The translations under genes and the position numbers were made by a program. Under the pieces are notes generated by a model. It had not been told where the DNA came from. It did no database searches and saw nothing but the letters and a program-made list of their open reading frames with translations. A stretch of 64,000 nt of DNA from Octopus bimaculoides (lineage: Eukaryota), in assembly GCF_001194135.2 (NCBI RefSeq), contig NC_068982.1, positions 161,756,309 to 161,820,308 on the forward strand. The letters are read 5' to 3'. This document shows, one piece after another, positions 51,708-63,675 of this stretch (position 1 is its first letter; each line of letters begins with the position of its first letter).

Positions 51708-51762
51708 ATCAGCAGCTTCCTACGTGTCTGTGACCTCGTCACTCTATCTTCCCATGCTTAAA
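51708..51762 (+). CDS. candidate coding exon (55 nt): SAASYVSVTSSLYLPMLK
   Basis: Perfect TACTAAC branch point at 51681-87, acceptor ttattttcattcag, donor AAA|gtatgt. One frame is open. An alternative AG 5 nt downstream gives the same frame directly from the 49571 exon. Confidence 0.55.
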
Positions 51763-52484
51763 GTATGTGACACTCTTATTAGCATTTTTTGTCAATTGTG
51801 TTGAATTGAAAACACCCTTAATATGATCTATGACTGAGGCTAGAAGCTATCGGTTTAGATTGATGAAATACAGTGTGAAAAGTATAGAAAGGATGGTGTA
51901 TATGTCTAATCCTGAAGTTGTAAAATCTTGTAAGTTTAACAAGTCAAAAGATAAAAAAAACTCATGTTGGACTGCAAGCCAAACATAGAAAATACTTCCA
52001 TGCATGTGGTCAATGCTGATTTTTAAATGATAGATTATATTTTCCAAGTGAAGATTGCTGTGGGAAATAACGTTTATTGTTGTTATGACTTTATTCTAAG
52101 ATTTTAATATAAATTATATTAGACATTATAAGCACTAATTGAAGCAATAGGTTTGCTGATAGAACTCAATCCACATTTCAGTCACTTGCTGAGTCAACTA
52201 CATTACGTTACAAAACACCTGTCATTCTATCTCCTCAAATTAAATACTATAGTGTAGGCTGATGAAATCTAATAAAAACGTGGTCATTAACTTTTCTTTG
52301 TTTTACTGGTTTCATTCATTGGATTGTGGCTATGTTGGGATACCAATGAATTTAGTTGATCATATTGACTTCAGCACTTCAGTCATGTACTTGTTTATCT
52401 GTCTGTTTTTCAAATGACTAAGTTAGTTTTCAACATAAATGGATGCAATTCATTGCCCACCATATGCATACACATACATATTCA

Positions 52485-52527
<43 letters not shown>

Positions 52528-54779
52528 ATTCTCAAACTATGTTTATCGCTCCCCTGTCACCCTCTTTCATCAATAAACATGTGTTACTTCAATAAGACCT
52601 GTCATTGTAAACCATCTAGCCTAAGCTGGTACAGCAGACAGACTGATCCATTCCATCACTAGATTCATCTATTTAACCCACCTTCAACATTATCACCCCC
52701 CCCCCATCTCCACATTAATCACTAGCATTATTCTCTCCCAGTCTTCATTATTCACACCTGAATACTGTTCATTCTCTCTATTACTGTCCTTTTACAACAA
52801 CAAATCTGTTCCATTCATCTTTCATTTTGTAAGCTGCAAGGCAACCCCTGGTACCATAAAAAAGCTTTCATTACCTTCTGTAAGTGATTGATAATTAATT
52901 CAAGCAGTGACAATTGCAGAGTTTGAGACAGTTTGTGAGTCTTGCTGAATGCAAGGCAACCTCTATAGTACTGATGCCATGAAAAAATGCATACACTTCA
53001 CCCTGTAAAGTGGTTGGTGTTAGGAAGAGTATCCAACAGTAGAAAACATACTTGAGAAGAGATATGATACAAGATGTAATTCTCTGTTGAACTGTCTACC
53101 TATGCTATCATGGAAAACAGATATAAAATGATGATGATGTTGAGATGCAATCAGTAGAAATAGTGTTGTGACAGGGTTTTGTTGATTTGACCTTGTCATA
53201 TTGCTCTCCTTATTATTCTTCCACCCAAATTAGACTGGTAGTTGTTCGTACACCATGATGAATTTACCTGGGATACTTTATTTGTAGTTGGTCCACAGCA
53301 TTTGTACTTGGGCTACACCTTGGTTACAGAAGTTATATCTGGGTTGCAGAAGTTCTGTCTAGTTCGCATTTGGTGTATATGAGTCACTGCAGTTGTACAT
53401 GAACCATTACAGTTGTACATGGCCAACTGCAGTTGAATGACTGGTATAAATTGCACCACCTTATCAACCACAGTTGTAAACAATTACTGCAGATATTAAG
53501 TCAAGACTAGTAATAAAGAGAATACTTTAAATAAAGCTTTGTTTTTATAAAATGAAGGTTGTGATATTTATACATATATATATATATATATATATATANN
53601 NNNNNNNNCAATAATAAATCTCTGAGCTTACTTTTCTTGAAATAGGTACTTATGTCTTGATATCATTAACAGATTATCAGATTCTCTCAGAAGAATATAA
53701 TGAATAACATTGATGATGTGACTGCCTGACAGACGTTATTGCTATTATTTAACTTGTCTACGGCTTGTGTGTGACTTCAGTTGAACCTCAGTCAGCAAGT
53801 TGCTATATTTGATTTACTGTCATAAAAAATATTCTATTTTTCACAAATTGGCCAATATAAAGAAAGGTTTCATTTTCTATCTTAAAATGTCATGTTTTAT
53901 TGTAACTTTGTGTTACTGAGGAGGCCTAACTAGTAGACTGCACAGAACTGAGTTAACAGTTGACAGGAAGTTAAATTTAAATGTTATGAATGAGACATGT
54001 TTCATATGGTATACTTGACAGTGTATAAAGTTAGTGATAGCTGATAGGTTATTGAGGAAGAGATAATGAATTCTATAGAATTTATCCATTTGTGCAAAGA
54101 TGGGCAATCTATGTCACATATACTAAAGAAGCAGGTTATTTAGTTGAATACATTTTTAAGTAATCGTTCAAAATTATTTCAGTTTCTCACTGTGATATTT
54201 TTGTAATGGTAGAACAATAAGTGCACTTGGGTGGTGGTAGAACTAGTTTGTCAACCCTCTTGTAAAACCACCACCTGACCTTTGGTGTCTTTAGCAGAGT
54301 TCATTCTGTGGCAAGCATTCAGCCCAAGTCTCCAACCTGGAGAAAAACATGTCTTGATGTGCTGCTTCCTACTCCAGCAGCTGATAAGATGTGCTCCCCC
54401 CTCCACCTACTTGTCTTGGAGGCTCTCCAGTGTTCATGAGATCTGTCCTTCCTTCTCTGACTAAACCATAAAAAATCCAGACCTTCACTCACCTGGTATA
54501 AGAATCGTTGTTATTATTTTACTTTTACCTGTTAATTATTTCTTGTTGTAGTTATAACCTTGCTAATACTATTCTAATTTTATTAGTTGGATTGATAGAT
54601 TTCTTATAAATATTAATAAGAATATAGCACTAATTTTTATATCCACCTGCTATAAATGTTGAAAATACTCTGGAATACAGGAGCTTTTCTTTTTTTTAGA
54701 GGATATGATTTCAAAGATGTCACCTCAACAAGAGAAGATTGAGAGTACAAAGACAAGCAGATTGTGTATGACTATTGGC

Positions 54780-54900
54780 ATGACACACACTGTTAATGAT
54801 ATGTGTATACCAGTTAAGTGAATGCTCTTGGGAGCTTCTATATGCTGATGATGTGATTTGCATTTTTATGAAATGAGAATCTGATAGGAATCAAGAAAAT
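54780..54900 (+). mobile_element. small RTE RT relic
   Basis: gctcttgggagcttctatatgctgatgatgtg translates to (S)WELLYADDV, the RT catalytic YADD motif in RTE context. Confidence 0.5.
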
Positions 54901-57900
54901 GTGAAAGTCATATAGTAAATAAGTGAATATGACTATGACATTAGTTTTATTTGCCACTACATGATGTTGTTTAGAGGAATAATGTTAATAGTGTCAGTAG
55001 TACAGTGACATAAGCTGTAGTTACACTGGCTGGAAAACCTGGAAGAAAATCAATTCAGCAACAATGGCCTGTAGCAACAGTTTATTACATGTAATTGTAA
55101 GTTAATTCTGTTGATCCAGCTACTAACATCATCAGGAATAGTTGTTACTGTTTAGCTCCAGATCAGCCCTGGTTGAGTAGTACTACGATCAAAGATGTTG
55201 CAGCTGTGACCATTCCATCTTTTTCTCCAGATAATGTATTTGGGATTATATTATCCGATATGTTCCTCCTGTTATCATGGTAGGTGTGGTTTTAGGGAGA
55301 TTTGGCTGCTTTATCTTGTAGCCATGTGAACAGAGTTTGTAGGTAGTGAAAAAGTCAAAAGTATTGGCAAAACATCTGAACATTTGGGTGAATTGTAATA
55401 TTGTATAACTACTATGTAACAGATATTGAATGTGTGGAGCATACACAGGGTGTATAAAAGGATGCAGTTGGTAAGGTTTATTGAATGGACACACATACAC
55501 ACTCTGAGCAGGCACTGATTTCCTAAATTTGGTAGAAAATAAGGAATCACTTGAAAAATGATTATATAAGAATGATTTATGAAGAAGTGAAATGTCAATG
55601 GATTGTCAACAAGTAAAAGGTTGAAAATATATCATGTTATAGAATTTAAGAGAGTGAATGTATGTGTGAGCATGAAGGGTGAATGGCGCTATTTTCAAAA
55701 GTAAGCCATTTTATGTGTAAGCTTGGAAAACAAGTTTGTAAATGTGTGTTGATAATAGAATAAAGAATTCTGAAATCAAATGCTGAATATAACCACTCAG
55801 ATTACCTATAGGTTATCTTATTAACTGATTATTTTATTGATTCTGTTATTAACAAAATAGCTCCTCAGGAAAGACATTTTGTAATTTCAAAATTTTAAAG
55901 CTGGCATATACTGCATTTTCAAAGTTTGTCGTCATACCTTTTATTGAACATCTTCACATTTCAGTTATTTGAATGTATCTAAACTTCCACATGTTACCAC
56001 TACATTTTAGGCTATTTATTTTATCAGTTACACCATTGAAACACACATAGAGGAAAAAAGAAATTATGTTACAAGTGTTGTAGCAGTAATAAAATAGAAT
56101 ACTTAAGTAAACCAGAGGATTGATGTATAACACAAATGTAAAGTTAGGTTGACCTAAGAAAGTGGCACCAACTCAAGTGCTAATTCACATGGGGCTGGCA
56201 CAAGTGCTTTTCACGTAGTGTTGGCATGAGTACTTTTTACATGGCACCGGCATAATAATAAGAAATCTATAAACTAAATTCATATTCTTGAAAATCACAA
56301 AAACTGATTAGAATTGTTTCATTGTATGGTAAGTTCATTTCTAGACCATCTTAACAATACTTAGGAAGATCATTTACTTATGTTATTATTTTGCCAAGAC
56401 GTTTAAATACCTTTCCCCAGTTGACAGATGCTAATTACATTATTATTATGATTATTATTATTGTTATGCTTTTTTTGTAATGATTTCTTAATTGTCTCAG
56501 GAATAAATCAGACTAAATTCAAAGATATCGTTTTCATAATTTTATTTTGAAATTTATAACTTCTCTAAATCCTATTTTGAATTGGTCTTTAAGCTTTGAA
56601 AGTGTACAGTTTCAAAAATCAATAATCTTGTTTGGAATATCATTGACAGTTGAAATGTGATTTGTTAAAATTGTTATGAACTTGTGTTAACAACCAGAAT
56701 GTTTTCTATTTTAGTGGTTTTAATATATTTTATTACTTCAATCTAATAATTTTTTCTTATACCTAAATGTTTGCCTGCTTATTACTTATTATTACTCATT
56801 ATTATTATTACTCATTATTATTATTATTATTATAAATTTGAACTCAATGTTTTTGTGTATTTAATTTTTGAACTATTTTTTGTATTTCATAAAGTATCTT
56901 GAATATTTTTTACTACTTTAGAGATTGTTGTTTGTCATCAGCATACAAATAAAGTAATCTCTCACATCCATTTTCTAAATTATTTAGTATTCTTTTTTGA
57001 TAACATTGGATTTTATCCATTAGAAGTTGTGAATTTTTATTTGTACCCACTTTACTAATTTTGCCTCAGATATGAAACTTGAAGCTTATTTCTTTGTTTA
57101 ACACCATCTCCTTGTCTTTCGGTAAATTTAAGTGGGTCTATTGAAGGTGCTCAGATTGTAAGCCACTTTTTTTCTGTTTCCAGTATTCCTGCAAAAATTA
57201 ACCTGTGGAAGTTCAGGCTGGGCACCAACCACATCTGTCTTCCCAGTTAGGAGAGGGCATCATGCACAGATCATAGAACCCTTGACTAACTTATAATTTT
57301 CTATCTCATTAGTCAGTATCTTATCAAATAATAACAATAATCTATATTATTATATATATTTTACTTACATATTATTTATATGCTTTCTGTTGCCAACAAT
57401 GCCAGTTGTATAGGCAGAGCAAAATCTTTGGATCTTTGTAAATTCATGTTTCTTGTTGTTTATGTAGTAATTAATTTATGGTCTAATTCTTTGATGTAAT
57501 TCCATATAAATCATTATTAAATCTACACAGATAACTCCTGCCATACAAGTGATATTTGATTCTTTATTTGATTCTTCTTGAACAACACCAGTTATTGTAA
57601 TGCTTGTTCACCTTTCTGACGACTTAACTTTCAAACAATACATTGTATCTGTGTATGAGTGTGTATGTGCACGTGTTAAACATAACGTTTGTTATCAATA
57701 TATTTCTCTTTGTTATTCCCCATTATCATTGGATTTTTTTTAGTAATTTCTGAATAAAATTTTTTTACATATACCATTTTAATGACATGGTGGAATAAAG
57801 CAATATGTATGTGTGCATATGTATATTTATATTACATACACTCATACATATATATTGATGCAAATATATATTTCAGAAATGTACTTAATGGCAAGTGATT

Positions 57901-57989
57901 TGTTCTGAGACTGTGTTGAAAGTAAAATAGTTACAATAAATACACAGAAGCTTTACACTTATTAATAATTTAGATACAAAATTTTCATC

Positions 57990-58156
57990 ACAGGAGTGGC
58001 TGTGTGGTAAGTAGTTTGCTTACCAATCACATGGTTCTGGGTTCAATCCCACTGCGTGGCACCTTGGGCAAGTGTCTTCTACTATAGCCTCAGGCCGACC
58101 AAAGTCTTGTGAGTGGATTTGGTAGACGGAAACTGAAAGAAGCCCGTCATATATAT

Positions 58157-58190
<34 letters not shown>

Positions 58191-58304
58191 NNNNNNNNNN
58201 NNNNNNNNNNNNNNNNNNNNNNNNNNNNNNNNNNNNNNNNNNNNNNNNNNNNNNNNNNNNNNNNNNNNNNNNNNNNNNNNNNNNNNNNNNNNNNNNNNNN
58301 NNNN

Positions 58305-58339
<35 letters not shown>

Positions 58340-58712
58340 GGGAGAATGTACGAAAAAACAACAGACGAGGACAGGTGGTGTAAATAAAAAAAGGATGTAT
58401 TAGTATGACGCTCGGGAATACGGAAAGTCTTTGACGTTTCGAGCTACGCTCTTCAACAGAAAGAATACGGAGACAAGGAGAAAAACACGGAGAAAAAAAA
58501 AAAAATTGTATATGTTTGTGTGTCTGTGTTTGTCCTCCCAACATTGCTTGACAGCTGATGCTGGTGTGCTTCTGTCCCCGTCACCTAGCAGTTTGGCAAG
58601 AGAGACTGATAGAATAAGTACTAGGCTTACAAAGAATATGTCCTGAGGTCAATTTGCTCGACTAAAGGTGTTTCTCCAGCATGGCCGCAGTCAACTGGCT
58701 GAAACAAATAAA
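57990..58712 (+). mobile_element. young tRNA-derived SINE (CORE-like block, internal microsatellite), interrupted by a hammerhead-bearing repeat
   Basis: Head caggagtggctgtgtggtaag...gggttcaatcccactg (A/B-box-like), then ccttgggcaagtgtcttctactatagcc, an internal (TA)n/(CA)n tract and a 3' domain ending ...ctgaaacaaataaaaga. Confidence 0.85.
58428..58464 (-). ncRNA. minimal hammerhead-like motif, variant core
   Basis: Minus strand UCUUU-CUGUUGA-A-GAGC(gua)GCUC-GAAA-CG-UC-AAAGA: 5-bp stem I, ACGU palindrome, GUC triplet. The core has A6 replaced by U. Confidence 0.55.
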
Positions 58713-58766
58713 AGAACACTAATTGTGACTTGGATACTGACACCATTCCACTGCAAGTCATATATA

Positions 58767-58808
<42 letters not shown>

Positions 58809-59241
58809 ATTAAATACAATATACTAATGTATATGTTTTGTGTATTTTCTGGTGGTTGCCTGTTATGGACAGGCAAGATAACTCACCCTCAATCCCATTT
58901 GAAAGTGATGGACATCAATGTTTCGCCATTTTTGTGCCTTATCAACACCACCTACCTGCCTTGGTTGAAGGCAAGTCAGCTAGCTAGTCTAGTGACTTAT
59001 ATGCTCATGGTTTGTAAAATTGTGAGCTGTTATGCCTGGAGATTGCATACCTAAGAGAAAATTTACATATGAAGTAAAAGTAGCTCTAGTGTGATAAATA
59101 TTATTAAGTACATATACTAATGTATATGCTTTGTGTATTTTCTGGTGGCTGCAATGGTGTAGCGGAGCTTATAACTCTCATGTTGGTGGTGTGTGCATTC
59201 ATTCAAGTACCTGAATGAAAACACACTCATATATGTATGTT

Positions 59242-59280
<39 letters not shown>

Positions 59281-61431
59281 CATTCAGGTACTTGAATGAA
59301 TGCACACATGCAAGAATTTCTGTCTTTTGAACAAATGCATACACATATAGTAAGAGTTTATTTATGTATGAAATCCCATATGAAAGACTTTCTAATGTAG
59401 ATATGAAAAGGAAAATTTTTTTTAAAATATTGACATAATCCCACATTCTTGCACATTTCTTGATTTAAAGGCTCCTCCTGTCTACATATGTTAAGATGTA
59501 TTATCTAAAGTGATCACCTGAAATTTCCAAATTCTTAACATTACACTATGTAAGACTTAATAACTTATTGTTATTTATTAGAAGCAAGAAATGATTCTGT
59601 GAGCTCTCTACAACACACAGTTATGGAGTACTGTTCTGCCTTGTGATAACACACTTTTTTTATCAACAATTTCATTATTCTTGTACAAAAACTTCCAGCA
59701 TGAATTCTCTTCATATACTGTATTACTTGAGACTGGGATCCAATAACAGACTCTATGTGATCATCCAACCTGCTAGAAATAGCAGCAGAATCTTTCTCAA
59801 ATCTTAAAGGTACTTTGGAGAATGTAGTTCTGGTCTACAAAAGGATGAGATAGTCATGGCTGGAATATTTTTGGTTATAGATCTGCTTTGTCAGTGCTGA
59901 CCTGATGCCAAACGACAATATGGACACTGTGAACAGTTAGTTATGTAGTACTGCTTCTTGTAGGTGGGGCAATGCACCTCATTATTAATCAAGTTAATGT
60001 CTGTCTCAACCTATAGGCCCACTAGCTGGAGCTTATTTTGGTTTTTGTGGCATTTAAGCAACTGAAAGTACATGACTTCCTGCTGAATGGGATGCCAGTC
60101 TTGTAGAATCAACCCNNNNNNNNNNNNNNNNNNNNNNNNNNNNNNNNNNNNNNNNNNNNNNNNNNNNNNNNNNNNNNNNNNNNNNNNNNNNNNNNNNNNN
60201 NNNNNNNNNNNNNNNNNNNNNNNNNNNNNNNNNNNNNNNNNNNNNNNNNNNNNNNNNNNNNNNNNNNNNNNNNNNNNNNNNNNNNNNNNNNNNNNNNNNN
60301 NNNNNNACAATTTGTCTGAGAATTGAACTAATGATCTAATGATTGAACCACTGTGCCATGTTGCTTAATAAGCCCGCTTTTGCTGAAATGCCAGCTCTAG
60401 TCTTGTTTACCTTCTCTATTTACTGATGCTGGGAAATCTCTTATGATCTAAAGGTGCAAATGATGCCACGTATATATGGTAGGGTATCATGTGTGTATTC
60501 CAGTGAATGGGAAAACTTTGAACAGCTGAGATTATTCAAGCAATTAAAAGACATAAAATCTCTCGGGGGGGGGGGGATTAAAAACATAAACAAAAAGAAA
60601 ACAAACAACAACTAAGGAATTAACTCCAATAAGATCAGTTGATCAAAATTTTGGGACATTACAGGCAATATAGATTGCAGTAAATCTAATCTTTAAAGCA
60701 ACAAACATGTTTTGTCTTATTAGGCCTCTTTAGCATAGCATATTCTTCTCACTTAATAAGACTAAGAGTAGTAGGATGTAGTTAAGCTGATCAGAAAGAA
60801 CATTAACAATCCAAATTTGAAGACATCTGTGACTGACAGTTATATCAGTGAGTTACAACTATTGGATTAATGACTGCTTGGTGTTGTCAGTACTACCACA
60901 ACCATGAACTACTCTGTGAACAGGCTTCTTCCAATTTGCCTTCCTGATAGAAATAATAGCCAAATCTTCTTCAAAACACATTTTAGAGTCTTGTAAAAGG
61001 AGACCACTTTAGCTAATATAGTTTTAGATACATTATCTCTAAATATAAGATAGGATGATCATGGCAGGAATGTCTTTGATCATAGGTCTTCTGGAATGAG
61101 GTTGATGCAAAGCTAAACCAGAGCCTCGTAGCTTACCCAAACTTAATATGTACAAAGATACTTATAAGTTATCAAAGGAATCTCTTTGAGGCCATTCTTT
61201 ATAATTTACTCTTTGATGTACCATATCTGGAAAAAAAAAATGGTATTGCTGAGACTAGAAACTTTTAATCAAGGTTCATCTGGATCAGGATTGACCTGAG
61301 ACCAAACAACAAGTGCACTCTTCCAAACTTCATAGAACTTGATACAGAAATTGTCCAGTTTATTTTGTGTGACACTTGTATTCGTTTCAACGTGTATATG
61401 AAATACTCCCCCTCCCCCTCTCTATATACTC

Positions 61432-61803
61432 TTTACTCTTTTACTTGTTTCAGTCTTTTGACTGTGGCCATGCTGGAGCACCGCCTTTAGTCGAGCAAAT
61501 CGACCCCAGGACTTATTCTTTAGAAGCCTAGTACTTATTCTATCGGACTCTTTTGCCAAACCGCTAAGTTACGGGGACTTAAACACACCAGCATCGGTTG
61601 TCAAGCGATGTTGGCGGGGACAAACACACACACAAACACATACACACACATATATATATATACATATATACGACGAGCTTCTTTCAGCTTTGGTCGGCCC
61701 GAGGCTATAGTAGAAGACACTTGCCCAAGATGCCACGCAGTGGGACTGAACCCAGGACCATGTGGTTGGTAAGCAAGCTACTTACCACACAGCCACTCCT
61801 GCG
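61432..61803 (-). mobile_element. young copy of the same SINE family
   Basis: Reverse complement of the 57990 element's head and 3' domain, with CpGs retained. Confidence 0.85.
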
Positions 61804-61851
61804 TCTATATATATATATATAACACATATATATATAACACACATACATGCA

Positions 61852-61895
61852 CTGTACTGAAGAAGGGAAATAACCCAGAAACCATTAATCTACAG
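61852..61895 (+). ncRNA. hammerhead-like motif
   Basis: CUGUA-CUGAAGA-A-GGG(aaauaa)CCC-A-GAAA-CCAUUA-AUC-UACAG: perfect 5-bp stem I, canonical CUGANGA, 3-bp stem II. Stem III is mismatched. Confidence 0.45.
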
Positions 61896-63249
61896 GTATC
61901 GTTAAGGCTAGAAAGGGAGCAATAAACTCCTTTGCTCACAGTATATAGACACAGACCATGTGTTGGTATCCAGTTGGAAAAGTTGTTTTCCTGGGGCTAA
62001 AAAGTAGTAACATCATCCTATGTAGGACTGTCACATTGTGTTGGCAAATAGACTTTACTATATATATATGTATGTATGTTTATATAAGCAAAATAAAATT
62101 ATAAGATACTCTATAAAATCTATAAAATATGACAAGTGATAAAGTTTGACTTATCTGTTGTTATTTAAAAATCAACAAAAAAAACATTTCTTCTTCCTCT
62201 CTCTATTTTTCCTTACTACCTTTTCTCTTTGTCTTTCTCTGTCCCTAGTAGCTTCTCTTGCTCCCCCCTTACTTTCTCTATTTCATTATCTGTCTATCTT
62301 ACTATCTGAATCTCTTCATTTTAAAAGGTTAGCTGCTCTAAGCTGTTGTTTGTAGTGGATATGCAGATACACACATGCACATACGTAAATGCATAGACAG
62401 AAAATGCCATGCATGACTGATCTTATACTATATGATGCTCTTTTATGTAAAGGCCATTATTTGACTGGCAGTGTTGTGTGAACTGATTTAAAAATAAGTT
62501 AAAATTTCTATAAAATGCTATCCAACTGCTGATGAAGAATACCATTTTGTCTTTTTAATACACAGCTAGCTTTTCAGCATTATAATGCATCTTTATAAAC
62601 AATAAGCTATTTTTATTAACTGAGTACACTTTTAAAGTAATTTTAGATCTTTGAAAATTTCTATTTTCTATATTTTTTGTTTATACTGTTTCATAGTGAT
62701 AGCTTTTCTGTAGAACACTTGTTTTAACTACTGCATGTTCTTCCTATTGTGAAGTCAGGTTGGAACTTGTGTTATGATGTGAGTCAAAATTGAACAGAGC
62801 AAGTAGAGTGCCTTGCATGGGTACAATACACTGGTTATCATTCAATTTGTTTACCTCCTATAGAAAGAGGATAATGGAATCAACTGTTTTAAGGACAAGC
62901 AGTTTAACAATCCTTAGAGTCTTTACGTCATATTCAGTTGTTGGCTTATTGAGTCCACATCAAGTCTTGTACACTTAACTGTAAATAAGCACCATGGGAC
63001 CAGTATAGATAACTTAATGTTATATGCAGTGATAATCTATCTGTGCAATTGATACATCACTTGTCAGCTTGCCAGAAAGAGTTTAAATCCTTTGTTGTAT
63101 TAAGCTTAGAAGTGTTCTCAACCAGGTTGACTTAAACACAACATATCCATAAAAAGTACTGCTCACGAATATCTCCTATTGACAAATAGCTTCCTTTTGC
63201 ACACTTTTTCATTTTACATTTTTGGAGGGAAAGACACATTGCTTGTGAC

Positions 63250-63670
63250 CTTTGCAGGCCTTCCTTGAGTGGGGTCATTATGGTTGATATTTAATTTGAT
63301 GCTTGAAGAGGAAACATGAACAGGGAGTGAGTTCCAGAGAGCTGAAGATCTAGAAGAAAGGGTTAAATAAAATGTTTATGGATAATAAAGGGTAGAGGCG
63401 ATGTGAATATTTCAATGAGTTTAGGTGGAAGTTGTCAGCATTTATTAGTTTAGAAGAGCAGAAGCTATTATAGCAGAAGACAGAGTGATAATCCAATGGG
63501 TCACTGAACCAGTGTGATCAGAAATCGAGATGGTCCTTTTTTTTTGATAAGGTCTGGAATGTTTGTGTGTGCAATAGGTGTGCTATCTTAAATATGTGAA
63601 CAATACTCTGTAACTAGAGCCTTAAAGATGTTCAGTAACTGTTCTTCACTGAAATAGTTTTGGGCCACTA
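63250..63670 (-). mobile_element. decayed CR1/L2-like LINE 3' fragment
   Basis: The minus strand reads YFSEEQLLNIFKALVTEYCSHI*DSTPIAHTNIPDLIKKK, matching the LLxLYKAxIRPxLEYCSHVW motif. Confidence 0.65.
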
Positions 63671-63675
63671 AAGAT

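Noticed and set aside
52255-52295. ggCTGATGAaatctaataaaaacg hammerhead-like start
   Set aside because: No GAAA after a paired stem II; too degenerate to call.
57990-58060. tRNA-like A/B box sequences (also in other SINE heads)
   Set aside because: They are SINE heads followed by CORE-like and tail domains, with no complete cloverleaf.
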